From NCBI GenBank assembly GCA_037447475.1, contig JBBIGP010000004.1, positions 7,713 to 71,712 of the forward strand: a stretch of 64,000 nucleotides of DNA, read 5' to 3'. Below, piece by piece: positions 56,192 to 64,000 of this stretch. This DNA is from Candidatus Aminicenantes bacterium. Its GTDB lineage: Bacteria; Acidobacteriota; Aminicenantia; Aminicenantales; Saccharicenantaceae. Under the pieces are notes generated by a model, which ran no database searches, had not been told where the DNA came from, and saw only the letters and a program-made list of their open reading frames with translations. The position numbers were made by a program, and so were the translations under genes. Numbering within the stretch: the stretch's first letter is position 1; the number at the start of each line of letters is the position of its first letter.

Positions 56192-56776
56192 CTACTTGCC
56201 GGATGTCCGGAAGACGATCTTCTCGAAGACTTCGGCGTGGGTGTCGACGGTTGTCCGCGAGGCCCGGACGACGGGCACGGCGACCGTAAAGGCGATCTCC
56301 GCGGGCGGCAGGCAGGTCGCGTCGTCGCACGCTTGGTAGCTCAGGGTCCCCTGGAGCTCGATGGTCCCCGGGGCGATCTTGCCGGCCGCCTTGAGAAGCA
56401 GGCCGAGGATGACCCGGCCCTCGTAGACGGCGACCTCGACGTCGGAATAGTCGACCTTCGTCCGGCGTCCGGCCGGGTAGAAGGTCTCGAGGAGCTCGAT
56501 CCCGGCCGCGTCTTCGATGTCCAGGGACGTAGGGTACAGGAATTCGTCCAGGGGGGCGCTGTCGTTGATGTGGAAGCCGGGCTTGACCTCGAGGATGACG
56601 GCGGCCTTGAAGGTCTCGCCGGGCCGGACGGCGTCGCGCGAGAGGAGGACTTCGATGGAGGTGATGACCTGGACCTCCTGGCCGGCGGCGCCCGGACCGG
56701 CGCCTGCGGCGAGCGTCAGAATGATAAGGGCGGCCCGGGGTCGGACCAGCGATCCCTTTCTCACGTGATCCCTCAT
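56192..56776 (-). CDS. DsbD-N-terminal (alpha) domain-like periplasmic protein
   Basis: Signal peptide; ...GTLSYQACDDATCLPP resembles the Cys pair of the DsbD alpha domain (YQ[AG]C...C.PP). Confidence 0.55.
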   Translation of the reverse strand: MRDHVRKGSLVRPRAALIILTLAAGAGPGAAGQEVQVITSIEVLLSRDAVRPGETFKAAVILEVKPGFHINDSAPLDEFLYPTSLDIEDAAGIELLETFYPAGRRTKVDYSDVEVAVYEGRVILGLLLKAAGKIAPGTIELQGTLSYQACDDATCLPPAEIAFTVAVPVVRASRTTVDTHAEVFEKIVFRTSGK

Positions 56777-56777
56777 C

Positions 56778-58550
56778 TCAGACCTTCACTTCCTTGACCC
56801 AGAGCTTCGGCAGGAGTTTGACGAGCCCGAGCCCGCTCGCGACGAAGACCGCCGTCCAGACGAGCCCGAGCGTCGTTTTGCCGTAGATGTAGCTTCCGGC
56901 CCCGAACAGGGCGGCATAGACGAAGGCGATGCCCGTCACCCAGCACAGGAGGGCGTTCGGCAGGCTGTCGGGGGAGGCCTCGACGCCGGCCTCGGCCCGG
57001 ACGGGCTCCCAGCCGCGGCCGCCAGGCCGGACCAGCCGGTAAAAGCTCACGAGGGTCATCCGGTCCGCGGGCTTGGTCAGGAAGGTCACCGTGAGCCAGA
57101 CGACCGTCGTCACGGCGATGGTCAGGACGAGCGAGACGTGCGTGGGCACGGGATGGCCCGTCCTGCCCAGGATGAAGAAGGTGAAAGCCATCAGGAAGGA
57201 GCTGGTCATGGCCGCGATCTCGCTCCAGGCGTTGATCCGCCACCAGAACCAGCGCAGGAGGTAGATGAGCCCCGTGCCGGCCCCGACCGACAGGAGCAGG
57301 TCGAAGCTCGTCTTGGCCGTGTCCAGGACGTAGGTCAGCAGGGCCGCCAGGACCATCAGCAGGGCCGTCATGACCCGGCCGGCCAGGACGTAGTGCTTCT
57401 CGCCGGCGTCCTTCTTGATGAACCGGCGGTAGAAGTCGTGGACGACGTAGGAGCTGCCCCAATTGAGGTGGGTGATCAGGGTCGAGACATAGGCGGCCAG
57501 GAGCCCGGCGACCATCAGCCCCAACAGACCCGCCGGCAGGAACCGGAGCATGGCCGGGTAGGCCATGTCGGGCCCGACGAGCTTGGGATCGACGCCGGGG
57601 AAGGCCGCCTGGATGTCCGAGAGCTCGGGGTAAACGATGAGCGAGCAGAGCCCGACGAGGATCCAGGGCCAGGGCCTCAAGGCGTAGTGCATGGCGTTGA
57701 AGAGCAGGGTCCCGCCGAGCGCGTCCTTCTCCGACTTGGCGGCCAGCATGCGCTGGGCGATGTAGCTGCCGCCGCCCGGCTCGGCGCCCGGGTACCAGAC
57801 CGACCACCACTGGACGGCGACGGGGATGATGAAGATGGACAAGGCCAGCCCCCAGTCGCCGAAGTCGGGCAGGATGCTGATCATCTTCGGGTCGAGCTTC
57901 TCGAACAGGCCCGAGAGGCCCCCGATCTGGGGCTGCTTGACGGCGAAGTAGGCCGCCGAGAAGGCCCCGGTCATGGCGATGCCGAACTGGATGAGGTCGA
58001 TGACCAGGACCCCCCAGAGTCCCGACGAGACGGCGAAGAAGATGTTGATGGCCGCGCAGATGAGCAGGGTCTTGGTCATCGGCCAGCCCAGGAGGACGTT
58101 GGCGATCTTGACCGCGGCCAGGTTGACGGTGGCCATGATGACGCAGTTGAAGAGCAGTCCCAGATAGACGGCCCGGAAGCCGCGGACGAAGCTCGCCGGC
58201 TTCCCCGAGTAGCGGATCTCGTAGAACTCGAGGTCGGTCAGGACCCCCGAGCGGCGCCACATCCGGGCGTAGAAGAAAACGGTCATCATGCCGGTCAGCA
58301 GGAAGGCCCACCAGACCCAGTTGCCCGCGACTCCCTGGGTCCGGACGATGTTCGTCACCAGGTTCGGCGTGTCGGTGCTGAAGGTCGTCGCGACCATGGA
58401 GACGCCGACCAGCCACCACGGCGCGGCCCGGCCCGAGGTGAAGAACTCGGCCGTGTTCTTCCCGGCCCGCCGGCTGAAGAGAAGAGCGGGCACGAAGCAG
58501 ATGGAAACGGAGGCGGCGATGATGATCCAGTCGATCAAGACAAGTCGCAT
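56778..58550 (-). CDS. sodium:solute symporter (SSS family)
   Basis: 590 aa, 13-14 TM; N-term ...FFTSGRAAPWWLVGVSMVATTFSTDT... typical of SSF. Confidence 0.85.
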   Translation of the reverse strand: MRLVLIDWIIIAASVSICFVPALLFSRRAGKNTAEFFTSGRAAPWWLVGVSMVATTFSTDTPNLVTNIVRTQGVAGNWVWWAFLLTGMMTVFFYARMWRRSGVLTDLEFYEIRYSGKPASFVRGFRAVYLGLLFNCVIMATVNLAAVKIANVLLGWPMTKTLLICAAINIFFAVSSGLWGVLVIDLIQFGIAMTGAFSAAYFAVKQPQIGGLSGLFEKLDPKMISILPDFGDWGLALSIFIIPVAVQWWSVWYPGAEPGGGSYIAQRMLAAKSEKDALGGTLLFNAMHYALRPWPWILVGLCSLIVYPELSDIQAAFPGVDPKLVGPDMAYPAMLRFLPAGLLGLMVAGLLAAYVSTLITHLNWGSSYVVHDFYRRFIKKDAGEKHYVLAGRVMTALLMVLAALLTYVLDTAKTSFDLLLSVGAGTGLIYLLRWFWWRINAWSEIAAMTSSFLMAFTFFILGRTGHPVPTHVSLVLTIAVTTVVWLTVTFLTKPADRMTLVSFYRLVRPGGRGWEPVRAEAGVEASPDSLPNALLCWVTGIAFVYAALFGAGSYIYGKTTLGLVWTAVFVASGLGLVKLLPKLWVKEVKV

Positions 58551-58566
58551 GCGGGAGTCCTTTCGG

Positions 58567-59349
58567 TCAGTATCTCTGCCAGTCGGGCTTGTTGTCGTAG
58601 ACCCATCGGTAGTAGGGGGCCATCTCGAGCTCCGAGGCCGCGTCCTCGTCGAGGATGACCACGGTCCGGGGATGCATCTGGAGGACCGAGCCGGGGACCA
58701 TGGCCGTGACCGGACCTTCGACGGCCTTGGCCACGGCCCGGGCCTTCTTGCGGCCGAAGGCGAGGAGGAGGCACATCCGGCTGTCCATGATCGTTCCGAG
58801 GCCCATGGTGATGACGTGGGCCGGGACCCCTCCGGGCCCGCCGAAGCCGGCCGCGGCGTTCCGCCGGGACTCCTCGGTCAGCGTCTTGATCCTCGTGCGC
58901 GAGGACAGGGAGGAAGTCGGCTCGTTGAAGCCGATATGGCCGTTCGTCCCGATGCCGAGGATCTGGGCGTCGATCCCGCCGGCCGACCGGATGGCCTGCT
59001 CGTACTGCCGGCAGAAGGCCGGGATGTCCCGGGCCAGGCCGTCCGGGATGTGGATGCGCTCCTTGGGAACGTTGATGCGGCTGAACAGATGGGCCCACAT
59101 GTAGCTGTGATAGGAGGACGGGTGGGAGGGAGATATGCCGACGTACTCGTCGAGGTTGAAGGTCGTGACGGCGCCGAAATCGAGCCCGTTCTCCCGATGC
59201 ATGCGGACGAGCTCCCGATAGAGCGACAGGGGAGTGTTGCCTGTGGCGAGGCCGAGGACGGCGTGGGGCTTGTCCTCGACGAGCCGGGCGACGATGCGGG
59301 CCGCGACCCCGCTCGCTTCGCGGCCGTCCCGCTGGATGACGATCTCCAT
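58567..59349 (-). CDS. nagB: glucosamine-6-phosphate deaminase
   Basis: 260 aa; ...VLGLATGNTPLSLY..., ...TFNLDEYVG..., ...GIGTNGHIGFNEP..., full NagB fold. Confidence 0.92.
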   Translation of the reverse strand: MEIVIQRDGREASGVAARIVARLVEDKPHAVLGLATGNTPLSLYRELVRMHRENGLDFGAVTTFNLDEYVGISPSHPSSYHSYMWAHLFSRINVPKERIHIPDGLARDIPAFCRQYEQAIRSAGGIDAQILGIGTNGHIGFNEPTSSLSSRTRIKTLTEESRRNAAAGFGGPGGVPAHVITMGLGTIMDSRMCLLLAFGRKKARAVAKAVEGPVTAMVPGSVLQMHPRTVVILDEDAASELEMAPYYRWVYDNKPDWQRY

Positions 59350-59376
59350 CTCTTCCTCCTCCGGACCGGGGCCCTT

Positions 59377-60237
59377 TCAGGGCTTCTTGACCCAGTATCG
59401 CTCGATCGCGCCGGCGACGCTCCGGCGGAACTTGTCGACGTGCGACAGGACGAAATCCGGCACGTCCAGGGAGGCGTCCCGGACGACCGGGGTCAGGTCT
59501 ATGGCGAACCAGAGCTGTTCGGCCGCGTCGGTGTGATGGGACTGGAAGTAAGAGGCGTTGGCCCGGCGGCGGCCCATTGTCGCCAGGTCGTACCTTTTGC
59601 CGCCGGCCACTTGCGAGTCGTAAACGCCGATAAGGGCCATGGCCAGTCCCTCCCGTGCCCCGACGTCGAAAGCGACCTTGTCGCCGTCGTCCATCCAATC
59701 CAAGCCCCTCCAGACCTCGCAGCCGTAGACGGCCCGGGGACGCTCTTCGGCCGGGAGCTCGCGGAGGGCGGCCAGGGCCGTGAAGACGACGGCCAGATGG
59801 GTTTCGTGCTTGTCGATGGGATTGTGAGTATAGACGAACTCCGGCCGGGCGGCCCGGAGGGCTTCGACGAGATCGGCTTTGAGCCTGCCGTTCGCGACAT
59901 CCTTGACGGCGGCGCTCGGATGGTTGAGCTGGATGAGGATACCGTAATTGCCGAGAGCGGCCGCCTTCTCCTGTTCGCGCCGTCTCAGGGCCGCCATTTC
60001 CCCGTCCGTATAGGAGGCGTACTCGCCGGACCGGGGGCTGCCGCCGCCGTTCGTGCAGATCACGGCCCCGAACCACAGGTCCCGGCGATGGAAGCACTGC
60101 TCGATGCCGTGGAAGGCCATGATCTCCAGGTCGTCCTGGTGGGCGCCGATGCCTAGATGGGTGGTCCGGCGGACGGCCTCCGGGACCGCCGCGCCGTCGG
60201 GCACGAAGATCGAGGCTTCGGAGTTGCGGAACTTCAT
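59377..60237 (-). CDS. PIG-L/LmbE-family N-acetylglucosaminyl deacetylase; trimmed to MKFRNSEASIF
   Basis: ...HLGIGAHQDDLEIMAFHG... (AHPDDE-like zinc-binding motif), ...VYTHNPIDKHETHLAV... (second His/Asp motif); ATGA overlap with upstream ROK gene. Confidence 0.8.
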   Translation of the reverse strand: MKFRNSEASIFVPDGAAVPEAVRRTTHLGIGAHQDDLEIMAFHGIEQCFHRRDLWFGAVICTNGGGSPRSGEYASYTDGEMAALRRREQEKAAALGNYGILIQLNHPSAAVKDVANGRLKADLVEALRAARPEFVYTHNPIDKHETHLAVVFTALAALRELPAEERPRAVYGCEVWRGLDWMDDGDKVAFDVGAREGLAMALIGVYDSQVAGGKRYDLATMGRRRANASYFQSHHTDAAEQLWFAIDLTPVVRDASLDVPDFVLSHVDKFRRSVAGAIERYWVKKP

Positions 60238-61676
60238 GGGCGCGCTCCTTGAGGATCTGGGGGGCCTTCGAGCTCGGGGAGGCTGGCCGCGGCCACGGCC
60301 TGGCCCACCCTCCGGCTCTTCTCGTCCAGGAGGTGGATCCGGACCCGGGCGGCCGTTCCGGGGTAAGAGGACTCCAGGACCTGGCCCGCCTTGCGGACGA
60401 TGATCTCGCCCCCGGGGCCCGACATGACCCGGCCCAGGACGAGCAGGTTCCTGAACCGGTAGAAGACCTCGTACCACGGGACCGTGTGCCCCAGGTAGAT
60501 GCCGATGGATTCGTAGACGCGGGCCGCCCGCTCGTCGCCGGCGTCCATGCGGGCCTGGATCTCCTTCAGCCGTTCGGGGAGGGGTCGATCCGGGGAAAAG
60601 ACGAAGCCCGCGGCGACGGCCAGGCGGTCGGCGGCCTGCTGCGAGAAATAGTTGGCCCCGACGCCCCTGTCTCCCGACCATTCGTCCATGGGGGCCAGGG
60701 GATTCAGGTCGACGGGCGCGAAGGCCAGCTCGTCGAGCCAGTCCATGAGATGCCCGTCCTCGTTGAGGAAGCCCGCCGCCTGGCTGGAGCCCATGGCGAT
60801 CCCCAGGACGGCTTTCTCGCCGAGCGAGAGCATCCCGGCCAGGGCCGTGACCTCGCCGTCGTTGAGGACCTCCAAGGGGACGCCCCATTCCCGTCCGAGG
60901 CGACGGAACATGCCCTTGACCTTGTCCTCGAAGACGTCCTCGGGCACGGCCCGGAAGAGCGAGGCGATGCGGACCTGGTTGTTGATGAAGACGCCCGCCG
61001 AGCTCCCGCCGATGGCGTCGACGCGGGGGAGATGGGCGGCCGCTCTCTTCAAGCCGTCCTGGATGCGCCGGTAATGATAATCGGGATCGGCCTCGACCGC
61101 GGGCGTCCAGGGGAGCTCCGCGCAGAAGACGGGCTCTCCGTCCTTGACGGCGGCGATCTTGTAATCGCTCGCCCCGAGGTCGAACCCGATCCGGCAGCCG
61201 TCGAGAAAGCCGCCCAGGTGGCGCCGGCTTTCCCTCGCTTCGGGGAATGTCCCATCGCGATGAAGGACGACCTCGAAGGGCCGCTCGTAGATGCGGCCCA
61301 TGAGGCGGATGTCGAAATCCCGCGGGCCGCCGGCGGCATATATGGCCCGAAGGCGCTCGCCGGTCCCGTCCGGGCCCAGGAAATGGATGCGCCAGCCGCC
61401 GCGCGACCAAAGCAGGAACTTGACGAGCCGTTCGACGACTTGCCGCGTCTCTTCCCCTCGAGGGTCCCCGGCCGGGTCCGGAATGGATGTCTCGAACGTC
61501 GAGACCTGACCGTCCTCGCGCTCGACCCCGATCTTGACCCGGATCTGCCCGACGCGGGCGGCCCGGTCCAGCATGTCCCGATAGGCGAAGACGATCGGAC
61601 GGAATCCGGGATCGCAGGGGGGGGCGATCGGCGGCGGCCCAGGCCCGCGGGCGTTCGAGGAACCGGGAACGGTCAT
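60234..61676 (-). CDS. ROK/BadF-type sugar kinase (N-acetylglucosamine kinase-like) with ~130-aa N-terminal extension
   Basis: ATPase phosphate-1 motif CRIGFDLGASDYKIAAV, ...DAIGGSSAGVF..., ...LGIAMGSSQAAG...; true start may be an internal Met. Confidence 0.7.
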   Translation of the reverse strand: MTVPGSSNARGPGPPPIAPPCDPGFRPIVFAYRDMLDRAARVGQIRVKIGVEREDGQVSTFETSIPDPAGDPRGEETRQVVERLVKFLLWSRGGWRIHFLGPDGTGERLRAIYAAGGPRDFDIRLMGRIYERPFEVVLHRDGTFPEARESRRHLGGFLDGCRIGFDLGASDYKIAAVKDGEPVFCAELPWTPAVEADPDYHYRRIQDGLKRAAAHLPRVDAIGGSSAGVFINNQVRIASLFRAVPEDVFEDKVKGMFRRLGREWGVPLEVLNDGEVTALAGMLSLGEKAVLGIAMGSSQAAGFLNEDGHLMDWLDELAFAPVDLNPLAPMDEWSGDRGVGANYFSQQAADRLAVAAGFVFSPDRPLPERLKEIQARMDAGDERAARVYESIGIYLGHTVPWYEVFYRFRNLLVLGRVMSGPGGEIIVRKAGQVLESSYPGTAARVRIHLLDEKSRRVGQAVAAASLPELEGPPDPQGARP

Positions 61677-61689
61677 GGGCGCGGACCGT

Positions 61690-62889
61690 TCAGCGGGCCT
61701 TGAACTCCACCGTGACCGGGGCGAGAAGGCGGGCGGCGAGATTCTCGATCCGCAGGGCCCAGTTCTGGGCGGCCGGCACGCCGGGCGAGGTGGTGCCCCT
61801 CTCCCAGGAACCCGCGACCCAGAATGTCAACACCTGGGAGGCCTGAGCCTTGAGCTTGACGGCCCGGTCGACGGCTCCTTCCTCCAATCCGGCGAACCGG
61901 GCAGGGGGGAAGATCACGGCCAATCCGATCTCGCCGGCGCCTGGCGCCTTGCCCCACCCGGCGATAAACCCCTTGGCTTCCTTGAGGGCCCGGGTCTCGG
62001 AAGCGAGCTTCTTGAGGCCGGGGCCGGCATGGATCGGCCCCTCGGCCTTCGTGTCGATGGTGACGTCATGACGGGACCAGGCGTTGTCGGCGAACGCCGA
62101 GAAGCGGACGGTCACGCCGGCCGGCACGCCGCCGGCCAGCTTGACCGTCCCGAATTCCGCCTTGACCATGGCCCGGAGGGGCCCGGAGGCGACCACGCTC
62201 AGCTTGGCCTCGGGCGCGGACGGGCCGAAGAGAGGCCGCCGCGTGTCCCCGTCCCACAGGGACAACCCGCCGAGACCGCCCGAGTCGCCGGCGTCGAGGA
62301 CGTTCATGCCCCATTCCTGCAGGCGCCTCTCGTCGGCCGGGAGCTTCTTCAGCATGAGCTCGTCGTAGGACTTGCCGTAGAACTCGATCCGGCCGTTCAC
62401 GAACTTGTAGGCGGCGAGGTTCGACTCCCAGCCGGCCGTGGACGAGCCGGGCTCCCAGCCGATGCGGGCGCCTGCCTTGGCGACCGGCATGAGCTGGAAG
62501 CTCCGGGTGGGGGAGTAGTAGCAGATCAGCCTCGTCTTGGACCGCGGCCCGAGGCTGCGGAGGAAGACGATCTCGTCGTGATAGCGGTCCCCGTCCAGGT
62601 CGTCGGCCTGGGTGACGACGAGGTTATAATCGCCGCCGGCCTCGTCGAATACGGCGTAATTGTAGCTGTTGAAATCGGGAGCGAAGGCGCGGACGGCCGC
62701 GACATCGACCACGATGGGGTGGTTGTCGAGGGCCGCGGGCCCGGGATTGGAAAGCTCGATGACGAACCGTTTCTTGAACCCGAGGACCGAGGGGTCCTGG
62801 CCCTGGGCGGCGGCCCACCCGGCCGTGAGCCAGGCCAGGGCGAGGAGGCCGGCCGGCGCGCGGACGGCCTTATGGGCGGGACGGAACAT
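61690..62889 (-). CDS. secreted hypothetical protein (possibly DUF4861-like)
   Basis: Trimmed to MFRPAHKAVRAPAGLLALAWLTAGWAAAQG signal peptide; ...FVIELSNPGPAALDNHPIVVDVAAV... reminiscent of DUF4861 N-termini; weak. Confidence 0.4.
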   Translation of the reverse strand: MFRPAHKAVRAPAGLLALAWLTAGWAAAQGQDPSVLGFKKRFVIELSNPGPAALDNHPIVVDVAAVRAFAPDFNSYNYAVFDEAGGDYNLVVTQADDLDGDRYHDEIVFLRSLGPRSKTRLICYYSPTRSFQLMPVAKAGARIGWEPGSSTAGWESNLAAYKFVNGRIEFYGKSYDELMLKKLPADERRLQEWGMNVLDAGDSGGLGGLSLWDGDTRRPLFGPSAPEAKLSVVASGPLRAMVKAEFGTVKLAGGVPAGVTVRFSAFADNAWSRHDVTIDTKAEGPIHAGPGLKKLASETRALKEAKGFIAGWGKAPGAGEIGLAVIFPPARFAGLEEGAVDRAVKLKAQASQVLTFWVAGSWERGTTSPGVPAAQNWALRIENLAARLLAPVTVEFKAR

Positions 62890-63002
62890 CGGCGTCTCCT
62901 TTCCGTGACGGTGGCGAGATGACCATTCTACCTCAATTCCGCGGAAACGGGTAGGCGCGACGACGGACTGGTCGGGCGCCGGGCCGGGTGGCGGCAGCGG
63001 GC

Positions 63003-63998
63003 TCAGCGGCACCCGTCAGGGACGGCGACCGGCCCTTTCCCGCCGCGGAGAACGCCGGCGATCTCCTCGACGAGCGGCTTCGAGCCGAGGTAGAGGGCCG
63101 TCCGCTGATGGTGATGTTCCGGGACGATGTCGAGAATGGGCCGGCCGCTCTCGTCCACGGCCGCGCCCCCGGCCTCGCAGCACATGAAGGCCACGACGGC
63201 CGCCTCGTACATCAGCCGGAGCTTGCCCTGGGGGCGGTTCTTCTTGGGGTTGGGGTGGTTGACGATGGCCGGGTACATGAACAGGCCGCCGTTGAGGAGG
63301 ATGCGATGGAAGTCGCCGGCCAGGGCCCCGAGATAGCGGAAGACGAAGGACGTCTCGTTCTTCCGGACCCACTCCTGGATGCCCGCGGCGCAGTGTTCGA
63401 GGTTGGCGGCGTTGAAGGACAGCTCCCATGTCTTGCGGTCCTCGGGCAGGACCATCCGACGGGGCTTGACGTAGTTCATCATCTCGTCGATGTGGAACCG
63501 CCAGCAGCCCGCGTCGCGCAGGGCCAGGGTGAAGGTTCCCGTGGGGATGACGAACATCCCGGCCGCCCGGAACTCGTTGCCGGCCCGGAGGTGGTTGTCC
63601 TCCGGGCCTTCGAGGTTCCGCTTGCCGATCCCGAAGAGGAACCCCACCGGCAGGTTGTGGGGGACGTTGGACGTGCCGTCCATCGGGTCGTAGTAGAGGA
63701 AGTAGCGCCCCCCCTCGACGTTCATGGGGATGATGTCCTCCTCCTCCTCGGAGACGGCGTGGATGACCCGGCCCGACCTCAGGAGGTAATGCTTGACGAC
63801 CTCGTTGGCGATGTCGTCCATCTTCATGACGTCCTCGCCCTGGACGTTGACCGAGCCGGCCAGGCCGAGGTTCCCGTGCAGGGCCCCGGTCAGATAGTAG
63901 TACTGGATGCGCTTGGCGGCGTTGAGGATGGAGTTCATGAGGATGAGGAAGTGATAGGTCCGGTGATGGCGCTCCTGGTGCTCGAGAAGGAAATCCAT
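63003..63998 (-). CDS. fbp: fructose-1,6-bisphosphatase class 1
   Basis: 331 aa; ...LYYDPMDGTSNV... metal-binding motif, ...GKLRLMYEAAVVAFMCCEAGGAAVD..., start codon at window edge. Confidence 0.9.
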   Translation of the reverse strand: MDFLLEHQERHHRTYHFLILMNSILNAAKRIQYYYLTGALHGNLGLAGSVNVQGEDVMKMDDIANEVVKHYLLRSGRVIHAVSEEEEDIIPMNVEGGRYFLYYDPMDGTSNVPHNLPVGFLFGIGKRNLEGPEDNHLRAGNEFRAAGMFVIPTGTFTLALRDAGCWRFHIDEMMNYVKPRRMVLPEDRKTWELSFNAANLEHCAAGIQEWVRKNETSFVFRYLGALAGDFHRILLNGGLFMYPAIVNHPNPKKNRPQGKLRLMYEAAVVAFMCCEAGGAAVDESGRPILDIVPEHHHQRTALYLGSKPLVEEIAGVLRGGKGPVAVPDGCR

Positions 63999-64000
63999 GA

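Overview
High-GC (~67-70%) bacterial chromosomal window. The many carboxypeptidase-regulatory/TonB-type outer-membrane proteins suggest an Acidobacteria-like organism. It is densely coding: about 58 CDS and 2 tRNA genes, with no rRNA, CRISPR array, transposase or integrase. All product calls rest on my reading of the six-frame ORF translations (motifs recalled from memory), not on database searches. Many starts were trimmed to internal Met/GTG codons by arithmetic from the ORF-track coordinates.

Identified housekeeping genes:
- guaB (5' fragment), secA, feoA/feoB, an alpha-glucan phosphorylase, uvrC and uvrB (convergent), and a bactofilin.
- tRNA-Gly(CCC) and tRNA-Leu(CAA).
- A LipB/LplA-like ligase.
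- Two ECF sigma/anti-sigma pairs; one sits next to htrA, the other next to a split LiaF/PspC-like 'toastrack' module.
- ispH, a phytoene/squalene-synthase-like gene, a polyprenyl synthase and a mini CrtZ-like protein.
- Three SDR epimerases interleaved with a CPBP protease and a PAP2 protein.
- A TonB-dependent-receptor-like outer-membrane protein.
- namZ (DUF1343), a GS-like and a UroD-like gene, and an FGGY kinase.
- A TlpA/polyferredoxin/DsbD-N redox cluster.
- An amino-sugar catabolic cluster: sodium:solute symporter, nagB, an LmbE-like deacetylase and a ROK kinase.
- fbp.

The most unusual region is 34.9-45.3 kb: two convergent operons.
- The plus-strand operon has a STAS antagonist, a TLC-type nucleotide transporter fused to HEAT repeats, and a four-domain FHA-GAF-PP2C-HATPase partner-switching protein.
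- The minus-strand operon has a second TLC-type ATP/ADP-translocase homologue and three paralogous signal-peptide proteins sharing a domain with HipA/CtkA/PI3-4-kinase-like catalytic motifs.
- One of those three is fused to a calcineurin-like metallophosphoesterase.
- I propose this is an undescribed extracytoplasmic phosphorylation system supplied with nucleotide by TLC exchangers.

Two copies of an AT-rich ~90 bp perfect-palindrome element (11730-11819 and 46834-46921) also stand out. One abuts the 3' end of tRNA-Gly, and both lie in 5' leaders of plus-strand genes.
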